From a virus (taxonomy: Duplodnaviria; Caudoviricetes): a stretch of 58,454 bases of DNA. Numbering within the stretch: position 1 is the first letter of the stretch; every line of letters starts with the position of its first letter. Below, in pieces: positions 18,090 to 27,084 of this stretch. A model generated the notes under the pieces. That model searched no databases. It saw only the letters and a program-made list of their open reading frames with translations, and was not told the origin of the DNA. The stretch covers positions 1 through 58,454 of IMG/VR virus record IMGVR_UViG_3300043443_000324, one strand, 5' to 3'. The translations under genes were made by a program, and so were the position numbers.

Positions 18090-18518
18090 CTACAGGAAGG
18101 CCTTCATCGCGAGCGGGTCGCCCGTGATCTTGCCCAGCAGGTCGAGGTCGTTGAAAATGACGAAGAGGATTTCCTCACCGTCGGCGATATGGACGGACCA
18201 GCGGTCGCCCCCATACTTCGGTGCGCGCACGTAGTCGCCGATGCTGACCCAAGCGCCCTCGGGCCACGGCTCCATCGTGTTGCGGTTGTGGAAGGCCAGC
18301 GGCCCCATGGCGATGACCTTGGCGACCTGCGTGTTCCACATCTCCGTGTCGCGGGTCTCGCCCGCGAGGATGATGCCGCCCTTGGTCTTGGTCTTCGCGC
18401 GCCTGATCTGCAGCAGCACGCGGCTGCCGAAGGGTTTCACGCCGGGGTCGACCTTGGGGAAGGCATCCTCCTCGCCTTCGTACTCAAACTCGACCTTGTT
18501 CATGTCGTAAGCCTGCAT
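18090..18518 (-). CDS. groES: GroES/Cpn10-like co-chaperonin
   Basis: KPFGSRVLL..KTKGGIIL..KVIAMGP..SIGDYV..PKYGG..NDLDLLG. Confidence 0.85.
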   Translation of the reverse strand: MQAYDMNKVEFEYEGEEDAFPKVDPGVKPFGSRVLLQIRRAKTKTKGGIILAGETRDTEMWNTQVAKVIAMGPLAFHNRNTMEPWPEGAWVSIGDYVRAPKYGGDRWSVHIADGEEILFVIFNDLDLLGKITGDPLAMKAFL

Positions 18519-18538
18519 AGTTCGCTCCTTTCTGCGGG

Positions 18539-18730
18539 CTAGAGGTTAAAGTCTCTCCTATCCTTCTCGGCCACGAGGTCGATCAGGACGCGCTTGGCCA
18601 TCTCAAGGCCAGCGTACATTCCTACAGCCTTGCCGTAGTGGAAGTCGCCCGGAATGGGCTGCTGCAACGACTGGTGGGCAAGCGTCGCCTGCTCCTGTTC
18701 CAGCCGCTGCAGCAGGTTCTCCAGTCTCAC
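18539..18730 (-). CDS. Hypothetical protein (head module)
   Basis: GTG start overlapping upstream stop; Y...VGMYAGL pattern. Confidence 0.65.
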   Translation of the reverse strand: MRLENLLQRLEQEQATLAHQSLQQPIPGDFHYGKAVGMYAGLEMAKRVLIDLVAEKDRRDFNL

Positions 18731-18867
18731 GCGGGCGTCTTCTTTCCACCGCTGACTTCAAACTTGGGCGACTGGCCCATCTTGAGCAGCTTGTGCAGGT
18801 TGGTGTTCTCGGCGGTCATGCCACCGGCAGGCTTGCCCTTGCTGAGGGCGGCGTCGTTCTTGGCCAT
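18727..18867 (-). CDS. Small basic protein (46 aa)
   Basis: MAKNDAALSKGKPAGGMTAENTNLHKLLKMG; SD AAGGA; below ORF-track cutoff. Confidence 0.6.
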   Translation of the reverse strand: MAKNDAALSKGKPAGGMTAENTNLHKLLKMGQSPKFEVSGGKKTPA

Positions 18868-18872
18868 AGTCG

Positions 18873-18992
18873 TCAGTCCTTCTTCTGGCCCATGGCCAGC
18901 AGGCGCGCACGCTCACTGGTGTCGGGCTTGCTCGGGGTTTCTTCAGCCTCGACGGGCGGAAGCGGTGCGGTCTTCTTGGGCGTGCGTGCCAT
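18873..18992 (-). CDS. Small protein (39 aa)
   Basis: SD AAGGAG, MARTPKKTAP...LLAMGQKKD. Confidence 0.55.
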   Translation of the reverse strand: MARTPKKTAPLPPVEAEETPSKPDTSERARLLAMGQKKD

Positions 18993-19002
18993 TGCTTGCT
19001 CC

Positions 19003-21537
19003 TTACGGGTTCGGGTTGATGCCAGTGCCGGTGGACACCGCGACGCGCTCGCCGCTGGCGATCTCGGCAGCCGCCAGTTGCATGGCGGTGCTGTTGTCCT
19101 CGGTGTTCATCGCGATGCGGGCCTGCAGCTCGGCGGCCTTGCGCGCGTCCTCGGCCTGCTGCTGCTGCTGGGCCATGGCGATGCGCGCCTGCAGCTCGGC
19201 GATGTCGACCTGCGCGTCCTGCTGCTGGTCGGCCTGCTGGGCCTGCAGACGCTGCGCCTCCAGCGCCATGCGCTGCTGCTCGGTCTGCTGGTCGGCCTGC
19301 ATCTTGGCCTGCTCGATCTGCAGCTTCTGGCCCTCGATGGCCAGACGCGGGTCTTGCATGGGCTGCGGGGCGAACTGCTGCATGACCTGCTGCGCCATCT
19401 GCACGATCTGCGGCAGGTTGCCGAAGAGCTGCGTGCTGGCGCCCACGGCCTTCGCGCTGGCCTCGGCCAGCATGCGGTCCAGCGCCCGGCGGTCTTCGGT
19501 GTCCGGCCCCAGCTCCTTGAGCACCTCGCCGAGGTCTTCGCCCAGCGCCTGATTGCTGATCTCCACCACCGCGCTGGCGTACCACAGCACGACGTGCTCG
19601 CGGATGTGGCCAAGGATCGCCGGGATGAACTGCGGCGCGATCAGGGCGTTCATGCCCAGCGACGGGTTCATCAGGAAGTCGAGGTGCGTCGCGAGGTGGG
19701 CGAGGTGGTCCTGCTCGGGGAAGGCCATGACCGGGCGGCCCAGCGACGCGGCGACGTTCTCGTTGACCGCGTTCTGCTCCTTGGGCTGCGTCGGCGGGAG
19801 CAGCAGCTCCTTGGCGTTCGGCACCTTGAGCGTCTCGAGCAGCCGCTCCTCGACCTTGCGCACGTCGTAGAGCTGCGGCAGCATCTGCGCCCGCTGCGCC
19901 ACGGCCTGCACCTGCGCGAAGCGCTGCGTCTCGGAGAAGATGTTCGGGTCGCTGACCGGCACGACGTCCAGCGGGCCGTCGAAGTCCTGACGCGTCGCCA
20001 GCTCCTCGCCCGCCTCGTCCTCGAGCTTGCTGTCGTCGAGGTACATGCCGTTGAGGCGGTGCAGCACGCGCAGCATGCGCGCCATGGCGTCGTGCAGGCG
20101 GCTGTGGATCGCCGAGAACACGACCATGCCCTGCTCGAGCTTGGCCAGCGTCGTGCCGACCGGCGCGTTCGGGTTCTGGTCGGCGATGTCCTCCATCGCC
20201 GTGCGCACCACGCCCTTGCCCGCGTCGACAAGGAAGCCCAGCAGGCTGAACAGCACCGCGTTGGGCGGGTTGTAGGGCATCGGCATGAACAGCTTGCGGA
20301 TGTCGTCGACGTTCAGGCCGCCCTCGATCTCCCTGATCTCGCCGGGCACCGGGGCCTCGGACTGGCCGCCGATCTTCGCGCCCTTCAGCTTCAGGCCCGA
20401 GGGCGTGTTGCTGATGTGGGCGGCGTCCAGCAGCGCGCGCAGCGCGCCGGTGGCCGCGCCGCTGAGGCCGCCGATCATGTGCGGCAGGCCGATGGGGTAC
20501 GCGCCGCGCCACGGGATGAAGGGGAACTCGACGAACCACTGCAGCTCTTCCTGCGTCTCGTCCTCTTCGTCCCAGTTGCGGTAGATCGACAGCACCTTGC
20601 CGGTCGACTTGTCGATGCTGACGATGTACGGCAGCGCGTCCTCGTCGTCGCCGATGCGGGCGATCACGTAGACCTCGTAGACGATCCGCAGGCCGTCCTC
20701 GTTGTAGGTCGTGGCGTCGCGGCCCTCGATCTTGTCGTTCGCCTTGCCCGCGCCGGACAGCTCCGGCTCCATGCCCACGGGCGCGAGGTCGACGTCGCGG
20801 TACATGCCGCTCTTGACCCGGTCCTCGTAGTCGAGCTGCGTCAGGTACTGGACGTGCGTCTTGCGCTGCGCCGTGTAGAAGTTGGTCGCGGCGTAGGGCA
20901 GGTACATGTCGTCGATGGCGACGAACAGGAACGTCGGGCGGTTGCGCTTCTCGTCCCAGCCCAGCTTCATGTACTGCGCGCCGCCCAGCGGCACCTGCGT
21001 CATGAGCTGCTCGAGCTCGGCCCGGACCTCGGGGCACTGTACGGTCATCTGCCAGTTCAGCAGGTTCGTCTTGCGCTTGGCCTTGGCCAGCTTGGCCTCG
21101 GTCTCCTTGCCGGGGATGTAGTCCTTGGCCGGGCCCTGCGGCGGGAACAGCTCCTTCATCGCGCGGGCGGCGAAGTCGATGCAGGCCTCGGTCAGCATCG
21201 GGTGGACGACCTTCGACGCGCCGGAGAACTGCGCCCCGCCGGGTGCCTCGTCGCCCAGCCCGGTGCGCTTGATGCCCTCCTCGTACTGCTCGTCGCGCTT
21301 CTTGCGGGCGTCCTTGTCCTTGGCGATCAGGTCGAGCATGCGGGTGGACAGCGCGGCCAGCTCATGCTCGGGCATCTCCTCGGCAAGGTTGGCGTAGAAC
21401 TCGCTGTCGGCCGGGCGGCCCTCCTCGTCGTCCAGCCGCACGATGGCGCCGCCGTCGGGCGTGTCCTCGACGCCGTCATCGTCGTCGGGGATGGCCATGT
21501 ACTCGCCCTCGAGCTGCTCGTCTTCGTCGTCCATCAC
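19003..21537 (-). CDS. Portal protein (P22-like, long Gln-rich C-terminal barrel)
   Basis: 844 aa after terminase; GASKVVHPMLTEACIDFAARAMKELFP, APVGTTLA, PVSDPNIFS. Confidence 0.9.
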   Translation of the reverse strand: MMDDEDEQLEGEYMAIPDDDDGVEDTPDGGAIVRLDDEEGRPADSEFYANLAEEMPEHELAALSTRMLDLIAKDKDARKKRDEQYEEGIKRTGLGDEAPGGAQFSGASKVVHPMLTEACIDFAARAMKELFPPQGPAKDYIPGKETEAKLAKAKRKTNLLNWQMTVQCPEVRAELEQLMTQVPLGGAQYMKLGWDEKRNRPTFLFVAIDDMYLPYAATNFYTAQRKTHVQYLTQLDYEDRVKSGMYRDVDLAPVGMEPELSGAGKANDKIEGRDATTYNEDGLRIVYEVYVIARIGDDEDALPYIVSIDKSTGKVLSIYRNWDEEDETQEELQWFVEFPFIPWRGAYPIGLPHMIGGLSGAATGALRALLDAAHISNTPSGLKLKGAKIGGQSEAPVPGEIREIEGGLNVDDIRKLFMPMPYNPPNAVLFSLLGFLVDAGKGVVRTAMEDIADQNPNAPVGTTLAKLEQGMVVFSAIHSRLHDAMARMLRVLHRLNGMYLDDSKLEDEAGEELATRQDFDGPLDVVPVSDPNIFSETQRFAQVQAVAQRAQMLPQLYDVRKVEERLLETLKVPNAKELLLPPTQPKEQNAVNENVAASLGRPVMAFPEQDHLAHLATHLDFLMNPSLGMNALIAPQFIPAILGHIREHVVLWYASAVVEISNQALGEDLGEVLKELGPDTEDRRALDRMLAEASAKAVGASTQLFGNLPQIVQMAQQVMQQFAPQPMQDPRLAIEGQKLQIEQAKMQADQQTEQQRMALEAQRLQAQQADQQQDAQVDIAELQARIAMAQQQQQAEDARKAAELQARIAMNTEDNSTAMQLAAAEIASGERVAVSTGTGINPNP

Positions 21538-21773
21538 AGGGCGTTCTCCAGTTTGCGCCGCGCGTCTGCCGCCGTGTGCGCCAGTTTGTCCACCAGCAGC
21601 CTGTGCTCAAAGTGGCAGGCGTCCGGCTTGTCCCAGAAGCGGCGCGCTCGCTCCATGAAAACCTCGCGGACACTCAAAGGCTGCGCGCCCCACAGCGCCT
21701 CGTTAAGGGGCGGGTTGCTGGCGCGCGTGAACCATCGCCGGGCGATGATCTCGATGATGCCTTCGTCGTCCAT
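21534..21773 (-). CDS. Hypothetical protein inserted between terL and portal
   Basis: SD AGGA, stop overlaps portal start. Confidence 0.55.
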   Translation of the reverse strand: MDDEGIIEIIARRWFTRASNPPLNEALWGAQPLSVREVFMERARRFWDKPDACHFEHRLLVDKLAHTAADARRKLENAL

Positions 21774-21784
21774 GGTGCGTCCTG

Positions 21785-23236
21785 CTACTGGCTGTAGGGG
21801 TTCATATACGCCTTACGCGGCGGCGTGTCGACCTTGCGCTCGGGCAGCATGCTCATCAGGCCCTTGTCGACGCACAGGCGGATGGCCTGCGTGGTCTGGT
21901 CAACGTGGTCGTCGTGCTTGATGCTGCCCTCGCCGGTGAAGCTGCAGAGCTGCGCCACCAGCGGCTCGCACCACGTGCGCGGGCGGCCGGGGAACTTGTC
22001 GCTCTCGGGCAGCCAGACGCGCTTCTGGGCGAAGATCGGGCTGACGACGTGCAGGCGGCTCAGCTTGTCGGCGCGGCCGGGGTTGTAGGCGTAGGCCTCG
22101 AGGCCCGTCTCGGCCAGCGTCTGGCGCAGGCTGATGCCGCTGCCCTTGTCCTCGATCAGCAGGATGTCGGGCTTGCGCCCGGACGTCAGCGGCTTGGCGC
22201 TGCCGAACATGGGCTTGATGAGGGCCGTGTCGGCGTCGTCGCCATAGGCGGTGTTCATCTCGCGCCGCACCTTGCGGACGAGGTCGGGCAGGCCGAGGTG
22301 GTCCTCCCAGCAGTCGAGCAGCATGACGTTGGTGCGCTTCTCGTGGTGGAAGACGCCCCACACGCCGCATGCCGTCGGGTCGGCGTCGCCCTTCTTGTCG
22401 GTGGTGCGCTCGGTGTACGCCGTGTCCAGCGACATGATGATCCAGTCGAAGCGCGGCAGGGGCGTCTTGGCGGGCCACAGGCGGAACCAGCTACGCTTGA
22501 CGATGCCGCTCTCCTCCGGGTCGATCAGCTCGCCGTACAGCTCCTGCCTGCCCAGCGTCGTGCCCTCGTAGGCCTCAAGCGCCTTGAAGAAGGACTGGGG
22601 CAGGTTGGCCTTGTTGTCGAAGGTCGAGCCGCGCACGATGACGCGCCCGTCCTGCGCCTTGGTCAGCCTGCGCACGATGTCCTTCGGCTTGGGCGTCGTC
22701 GTCCACAGCACCTGCGGCCGGGGGCCGAGGCGCAGGCCCATCTGCATCATGTCCCACGTCTCGTCGGCGTAGCCCCACGCGGCCAGCTCGTCGCACCACG
22801 CGCGGCAGGCCTGCGGGCCGCGCAGCCGCTCCGGGTTCTCGGCGCTGTAGCCTTGGATCAGGCTCGTGCCGCCCGCGCAGTTGCGCATGGTGATGGTCAG
22901 GTCGGTCATGTTCGTCGAGACGATCAGCTCGGGCGGGATGACGGACAGGAGGCCGCTCTCGCCGCCGAAGGCCACGCGCTTGACGTCACCCAGCGTCGGG
23001 CAGACGACGTACGAGGGCAGGCCGCTCGCGTCTTCGTACACGGCCCGGCCCAGCCACTCGGCACCGACGCGCGTCTTGCCGAAGCCGCGCCCGGCCAGCA
23101 CGCCGCACTCGGTCCAGCCGTCGTCGGGCGGCACCTGCTCGGCGCGCGCGGTGCCGAGCCAGCGCGTCTGCCACGCGAGGAAGGCCCGGTCGCCGTCGCC
23201 CAGCGCGGCCAGTTGGTCCTCGAGGACGTCAGCCAC
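21785..23236 (-). CDS. terL: Terminase large subunit
   Basis: AGRGFGKT Walker A, WCDELAAW Walker B, TTTPKP, SLDTA, IEDKGSG, HDDHVD. Confidence 0.95.
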   Translation of the reverse strand: MADVLEDQLAALGDGDRAFLAWQTRWLGTARAEQVPPDDGWTECGVLAGRGFGKTRVGAEWLGRAVYEDASGLPSYVVCPTLGDVKRVAFGGESGLLSVIPPELIVSTNMTDLTITMRNCAGGTSLIQGYSAENPERLRGPQACRAWCDELAAWGYADETWDMMQMGLRLGPRPQVLWTTTPKPKDIVRRLTKAQDGRVIVRGSTFDNKANLPQSFFKALEAYEGTTLGRQELYGELIDPEESGIVKRSWFRLWPAKTPLPRFDWIIMSLDTAYTERTTDKKGDADPTACGVWGVFHHEKRTNVMLLDCWEDHLGLPDLVRKVRREMNTAYGDDADTALIKPMFGSAKPLTSGRKPDILLIEDKGSGISLRQTLAETGLEAYAYNPGRADKLSRLHVVSPIFAQKRVWLPESDKFPGRPRTWCEPLVAQLCSFTGEGSIKHDDHVDQTTQAIRLCVDKGLMSMLPERKVDTPPRKAYMNPYSQ

Positions 23237-23306
23237 GGCTCGAGGTCGCCGCCCAGATGACGAACAGGAGGCCCAGCAGCCACGGGGTGGCGAGCACGTC
23301 GATCAC
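23229..23306 (-). CDS. Tiny hydrophobic peptide (25 aa) bridging terS and terL
   Basis: GTG overlaps terS stop, own stop overlaps terL start; one TM helix. Confidence 0.35.
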   Translation of the reverse strand: MIDVLATPWLLGLLFVIWAATSSRG

Positions 23307-23788
23307 AGCACGTCGCTGCCGTCTGCGGCTGGGAGCGCCTTGGCGGGCGCGGGCAGGGCCTCGTCGGCCTTGGCGCGCAAAGCCTTGCGCATCTGCTTGG
23401 CGAGGTCGGCCACGTCGAGCTGCGCCACCTGTATGGCACCGCCGCCGGGGCCGGTGTGCTCGATGCCCACCTTGTCGCCGTACTTGTCCGGCTGCCACTT
23501 GGACAGGAGCCGCAGGCGCATGTCGCTGCGCAGGCGCGCCTTGGCCACCTCGATGGCGTCACGCGGGCAGTTGTCGACGATGTCGATGATGCCCTCGGCC
23601 ATGGCGTCCGCGCCGATGCTGCGGGCCTCGAAGTACGCGCGCGAGAGTTCGGGGTCTTTGCGCATCCACGCGGCCCACGTGCTGCCGTTGATGTCGTTCG
23701 CGCGGCAGGCCGAGATCAGCGTCTCGCCGCGCGACAGGCGCTCGAGCACGTCTTCGATCAGCTCGGGTGTGCGCTTCGTGTCAACCAT
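23303..23788 (-). CDS. terS: Terminase small subunit (Sf6-like)
   Basis: LERLSRGETL..AC, YFEAR..GADAMAE, ARLRSDMRLRLLSKWQPDKYGDKV; ATG 23788 with GGAG SD. Confidence 0.85.
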   Translation of the reverse strand: MVDTKRTPELIEDVLERLSRGETLISACRANDINGSTWAAWMRKDPELSRAYFEARSIGADAMAEGIIDIVDNCPRDAIEVAKARLRSDMRLRLLSKWQPDKYGDKVGIEHTGPGGGAIQVAQLDVADLAKQMRKALRAKADEALPAPAKALPAADGSDVL

Positions 23789-23807
23789 GTGCTCCGCAAG
23801 CTCCTGT

Positions 23808-23857
23808 GCAGGCATCTCTGTGCGAACAGACATAAGCCAGCGCCGCGCCAAGCGCAA
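23808..23857 (-). promoter_or_regulatory. Late promoter TTGCGC-N17-TATGTC followed after 8 nt by CAGAGATGCCTGC
   Basis: Upstream of terS; motif shared with 7672..7721. Confidence 0.5.
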
Positions 23858-23911
23858 GGGGGTCGCGCACGACCGGGTGGCGTGGAACGCCGCGCTGCAC
23901 CCAGCAAACAG

Positions 23912-24697
23912 CTAGTCGAAGTACAGCATGTCCTCGAAGACCTCGAAACCCGCATGACCTTTCAGCTCGCCATCGGACCACCGGGTGAGCATTACCTTGA
24001 TGCCATCCGCGCTGCCCGTCTCGCCGTAGAGCGCCACCGACACATACTGCGCGACCTCGGACAGGGGCCACGTATCCTTGACAGCCGAGAGCGCGTCCAG
24101 ATGCGGCTTCATCTCCGCCTGCCTCGAGCCGGGAGGCAGTGCGTCCTCATCCACCACCTCCACAGGTTTTACTTGCCGCCGAGAAGGCTCAAGGGCCTTC
24201 GCCTCCGGGTCACGACGCTTGAAGCCGTGCGCCTTCACATGCTCTGGGCAATTGCGCGTGATGCCCTTGGCAATCTTGGGCGAGAAGGGCGACATGACCC
24301 GGTACGCCGCGCCGCACGTCTTGCACGCCGCATCCCACAGCGCGTACTTGTACTTCGCCTTGCCCGGACCGCGCCGCCAAGTGTGCCCGACGTACACGAA
24401 CTGCTGCCCGTCATACTCCAGCACCACGCCCTCGGGCGGGTCTGTCCGATCACCGCCGTGCCTCTGCCGGAAGTCCGCGTAGACCTGCGAGAACGCCGTC
24501 ACCTTGCGAACCGCCGGGCCGCGCTCTGCGTTCGCCGCCTCATACGCCGCCGCAGCCTCATCCGCCGTGATGTGCGACCCGAGCCAGCGCCTGACCCCGC
24601 CCACATATATCTCCGCCGTGAAGCGATCTGTGCGGGCGTCATACGACACCCCGCGCAGTCCCGACGCCAGCGCGCGTTTGGCCTTTACATCAACCAT
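23912..24697 (-). CDS. AP2-domain DNA-binding protein with CxxC segment
   Basis: SGLRGVSYD....RFTAEIYVGGVRRWLGSH.T.DEAAAAYEAA; ATG 24697 has GGAGG SD. Confidence 0.75.
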   Translation of the reverse strand: MVDVKAKRALASGLRGVSYDARTDRFTAEIYVGGVRRWLGSHITADEAAAAYEAANAERGPAVRKVTAFSQVYADFRQRHGGDRTDPPEGVVLEYDGQQFVYVGHTWRRGPGKAKYKYALWDAACKTCGAAYRVMSPFSPKIAKGITRNCPEHVKAHGFKRRDPEAKALEPSRRQVKPVEVVDEDALPPGSRQAEMKPHLDALSAVKDTWPLSEVAQYVSVALYGETGSADGIKVMLTRWSDGELKGHAGFEVFEDMLYFD

Positions 24698-24958
24698 GGC
24701 TACCTCCATTTCCAGTGTCATCCGCCCCTTGTAGTACGGAAGCCCCAGAGCGTCAACTCTGGGAGCCTTATACCTAGGAACCAACGGGGGATTGGTATAT
24801 ACATCACTATGTGTGATATACCATATCCCCTGTCTATGGTTCTATAAGCCCAGTGCAACGTTTGCAACGTGACCCCAGAGTGTTGCGTTGCGTTGCGTGT
24901 TGCACGGCCAGCGAATATTCGTCGGCAGAAAAAAGTGCAGGGGGCTGCATTTTCCCTA

Positions 24959-25018
24959 TTGCAACCTGCCGTTGCGGTGGTATGTAGAGACATCAACAAC
25001 GCACACGGAGTTACCGAC
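24959..25018 (+). promoter_or_regulatory. Early promoter cassette P1
   Basis: TTGCAA-N16-TATGTA, CATCAACAACGCACAC, GGAG. Confidence 0.8.
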
Positions 25019-25639
25019 ATGACCACCGCTTCCACCCACACCGGCATCTGTCAGGCCTGCGGTCGCCGTCAGGCTGTCCACGTCAAGACCGGCATGATCG
25101 CCAAGCACGGCTACACCACCGAGTACGGCTTCTTCAACGGCACCTGCGGTGGCAGCGACGCCCTGCCGCTGGAGCTGGACACCACGGTCAACGTCGCCAC
25201 CGTCGCTGCCATGGTCAAGTTCGCCGACGAGCAGGAAGCTCAGGCCGCGGGCGAGATCCTCAAGGTCGCCGTCGAAGTCGGCCACCAGTACCGTGGCGGT
25301 CGCCGCATCGCCGTCACCCAGATGATGGACCGCGCCGAGTTCGAAGCCACCCAGCCGCGCTACCGCAACTTCGACGACGCGGTCGAGCTGGTCCGCATGC
25401 GCCTGCGCCGCACCGCCGAGATCGTCCGCGCCGACGCCGAGGTGCTCGACGCCCTGCGCGACCGCGTCCATGGCCAGCCGCTGCAGCCGCGTGCTGTCGA
25501 GGTCGAGATCAAGCGCGAGACCTTCAAGGCCATCCGCGAGGCCTACGCCCGGCAGGCTGAGCTGAAGGCGCAGGGCATCGACGCCCGCATCCGGCGCGGC
25601 ACCTACGTCGGCCAGCCGCACACCGTGACCTACCGCTAA
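25019..25639 (+). CDS. Early protein with Cys/His metal-binding N-terminus
   Basis: GICQACGR...KHGY....GFFNGTCGGS; highly biased codons. Confidence 0.8.
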   Translation: MTTASTHTGICQACGRRQAVHVKTGMIAKHGYTTEYGFFNGTCGGSDALPLELDTTVNVATVAAMVKFADEQEAQAAGEILKVAVEVGHQYRGGRRIAVTQMMDRAEFEATQPRYRNFDDAVELVRMRLRRTAEIVRADAEVLDALRDRVHGQPLQPRAVEVEIKRETFKAIREAYARQAELKAQGIDARIRRGTYVGQPHTVTYR

Positions 25640-25645
25640 CCGGGG

Positions 25646-25661
25646 AGGGGGCTTCGGCCCC
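25646..25661 (+). terminator. UUCG-tetraloop hairpin after the first early gene
   Basis: GGGGGC TTCG GCCCCC; no U-tract. Confidence 0.35.
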
Positions 25662-25687
25662 CACCCACCCCCACAGGAGCCTGAGCC

Positions 25688-25918
25688 ATGAAGACCATCG
25701 TACACGTCAACCAGCACGCCGTGCGGCGCGGTGACCCCGAGACGATCACGGTGAAGACCTACAAGTCGAACACCTACGCCCGCGAGGTCGAGATCAACGG
25801 CCCCTGCCGGGTCGTCTACAGCCCCGACAAGCCGCTGTCGTGCGGGGCGAAGGTCTGGATCGAGACGCAGGCCCCCGTGACGGTCATCAGGGCCGACGGC
25901 CCCGCCACCAGCCGCTGA
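25688..25918 (+). CDS. Conserved phage hypothetical protein
   Basis: IVHVNQH..TVKT..GPCRVVYSPDKPLSCGAKVWIET; SD AGGAG. Confidence 0.8.
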   Translation: MKTIVHVNQHAVRRGDPETITVKTYKSNTYAREVEINGPCRVVYSPDKPLSCGAKVWIETQAPVTVIRADGPATSR

Positions 25919-25952
25919 GGCAGGGGGCGGCGCGCGCCCTCAACTTTTTTTC
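25917..25952 (+). terminator. Probable intrinsic terminator
   Basis: GC-rich stem followed by a T8 run. Confidence 0.45.
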
Positions 25953-25982
25953 ATCACCATGCGTTTTTAGGTATTTCCACTA

Positions 25983-26042
25983 TTGCAACCTGCCGTTGCG
26001 GTGGTAAAAGGGGGCATCAACAACGCACACGGAGTAGCCGAC
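25983..26042 (+). promoter_or_regulatory. Early promoter cassette P2 (near-duplicate of P1)
   Basis: TTGCAA-N16-TAAAAG, CATCAACAACGCACAC, GGAG. Confidence 0.8.
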
Positions 26043-26264
26043 ATGAAGATCACCAACCTCCACATCGCTTGCACCACCGGCGCCAACCGCCGCCCGGCTG
26101 GTGGCGACGCCACCTTCGAAGATGGCAAGTCCTACGGCTGGACCGTCCACGGCCTCACCGGCGAGATCGTCCTGTTCGTCTACCGCCGCGCCGCTGGCAT
26201 GACCTACGAAGCCACCTTCAAGTCGCCCAAGCGCGCCGCTGCCATCGCCGCCGCCATCGCCTGA
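26043..26264 (+). CDS. Early hypothetical protein
   Basis: ATG after P2 SD; biased codons. Confidence 0.75.
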   Translation: MKITNLHIACTTGANRRPAGGDATFEDGKSYGWTVHGLTGEIVLFVYRRAAGMTYEATFKSPKRAAAIAAAIA

Positions 26265-26286
26265 CCCACCACAAGGAGCACACGAC

Positions 26287-26541
26287 ATGATCCGACCCGT
26301 CATCAACAACAACGGCACCGCGCCGATCAACCTCATCGAGCCGCGCATGCGGGCCTACCGGCTGCTGGGCGAGGTTGTCGACCTGCTGAAGGGCGTGACG
26401 CCCAACGGCCGCGACTACCCCGGCGACAACGACCGCTGCGTGGCCGACCGCCAGCAGCACTACGAGCGCATCAAGGCGCTGCGCGACATCGCCGACGAGC
26501 TGATGCTCGAGGCCCTGTTCATCAAGCAGGGGGAGGCCTGA
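26287..26541 (+). CDS. Hypothetical protein
   Basis: SD AAGGAG; PNGRDYP motif. Confidence 0.75.
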   Translation: MIRPVINNNGTAPINLIEPRMRAYRLLGEVVDLLKGVTPNGRDYPGDNDRCVADRQQHYERIKALRDIADELMLEALFIKQGEA

Positions 26542-26544
26542 GCC

Positions 26545-26700
26545 ATGATCTACGCCTTCGCGCTGGGCTTCATCGCCGCCGTCATGATCGACGCCAAGGG
26601 CGGCTGCAGCCCTGCCCAGACGCTGGTCAACGGCCTGTTCCTCGGCTTCCTGTTCCTGCTGACCTTCGGGCTGCTCGCCGCCCTCGCCTCCCTGCTGTGA
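26545..26700 (+). CDS. Small two-TM membrane protein
   Basis: SD GGAGG; 51 aa, hydrophobic. Confidence 0.65.
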   Translation: MIYAFALGFIAAVMIDAKGGCSPAQTLVNGLFLGFLFLLTFGLLAALASLL

Positions 26701-26742
26701 TCGGCACGGGGCACTTGTTTTCTGCCCCTTGCACTTTTCCTG

Positions 26743-26803
26743 TTGCAATGCCCTGTGGCAGTGGTATGCAGGGACATCAGCAACGCACACAGGAATGAAG
26801 CAC
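26743..26803 (+). promoter_or_regulatory. Early promoter cassette P3
   Basis: TTGCAA-N16-TATGCA, CATCAGCAACGCACAC, AGGA. Confidence 0.8.
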
Positions 26804-27070
26804 ATGACCACCATCACCGACCTCTACAACGCCACCTACGAAGTCGCTGACAGCGCCCTGCGCGCCGATCTGGTCGACACAATCGTGTGGGCGCAGGAAG
26901 ACGCCAACCAGTCGTTCACCGACGGCACCGAGTACAGCGTCGAGGAAGAAGACCGCCGCGCCCTGACCTACCTCGAAGTCATCCTGTGCGGTGGCGAGAA
27001 CGGTATGGTCAACAACACCCCTTGGGCCGACCTCGCCGCTTGGTTCCGCGCCAACGGCTTCCAGTTCTGA
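26804..27070 (+). CDS. Acidic early protein
   Basis: ATG after P3; D/E-rich. Confidence 0.75.
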   Translation: MTTITDLYNATYEVADSALRADLVDTIVWAQEDANQSFTDGTEYSVEEEDRRALTYLEVILCGGENGMVNNTPWADLAAWFRANGFQF

Positions 27071-27084
27071 CAGGAGCACCCGAC

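Noticed and set aside
18793-21921. 1042-aa plus-strand ORF
   Set aside because: Antisense shadow of the portal gene caused by high-GC codon bias; no motifs
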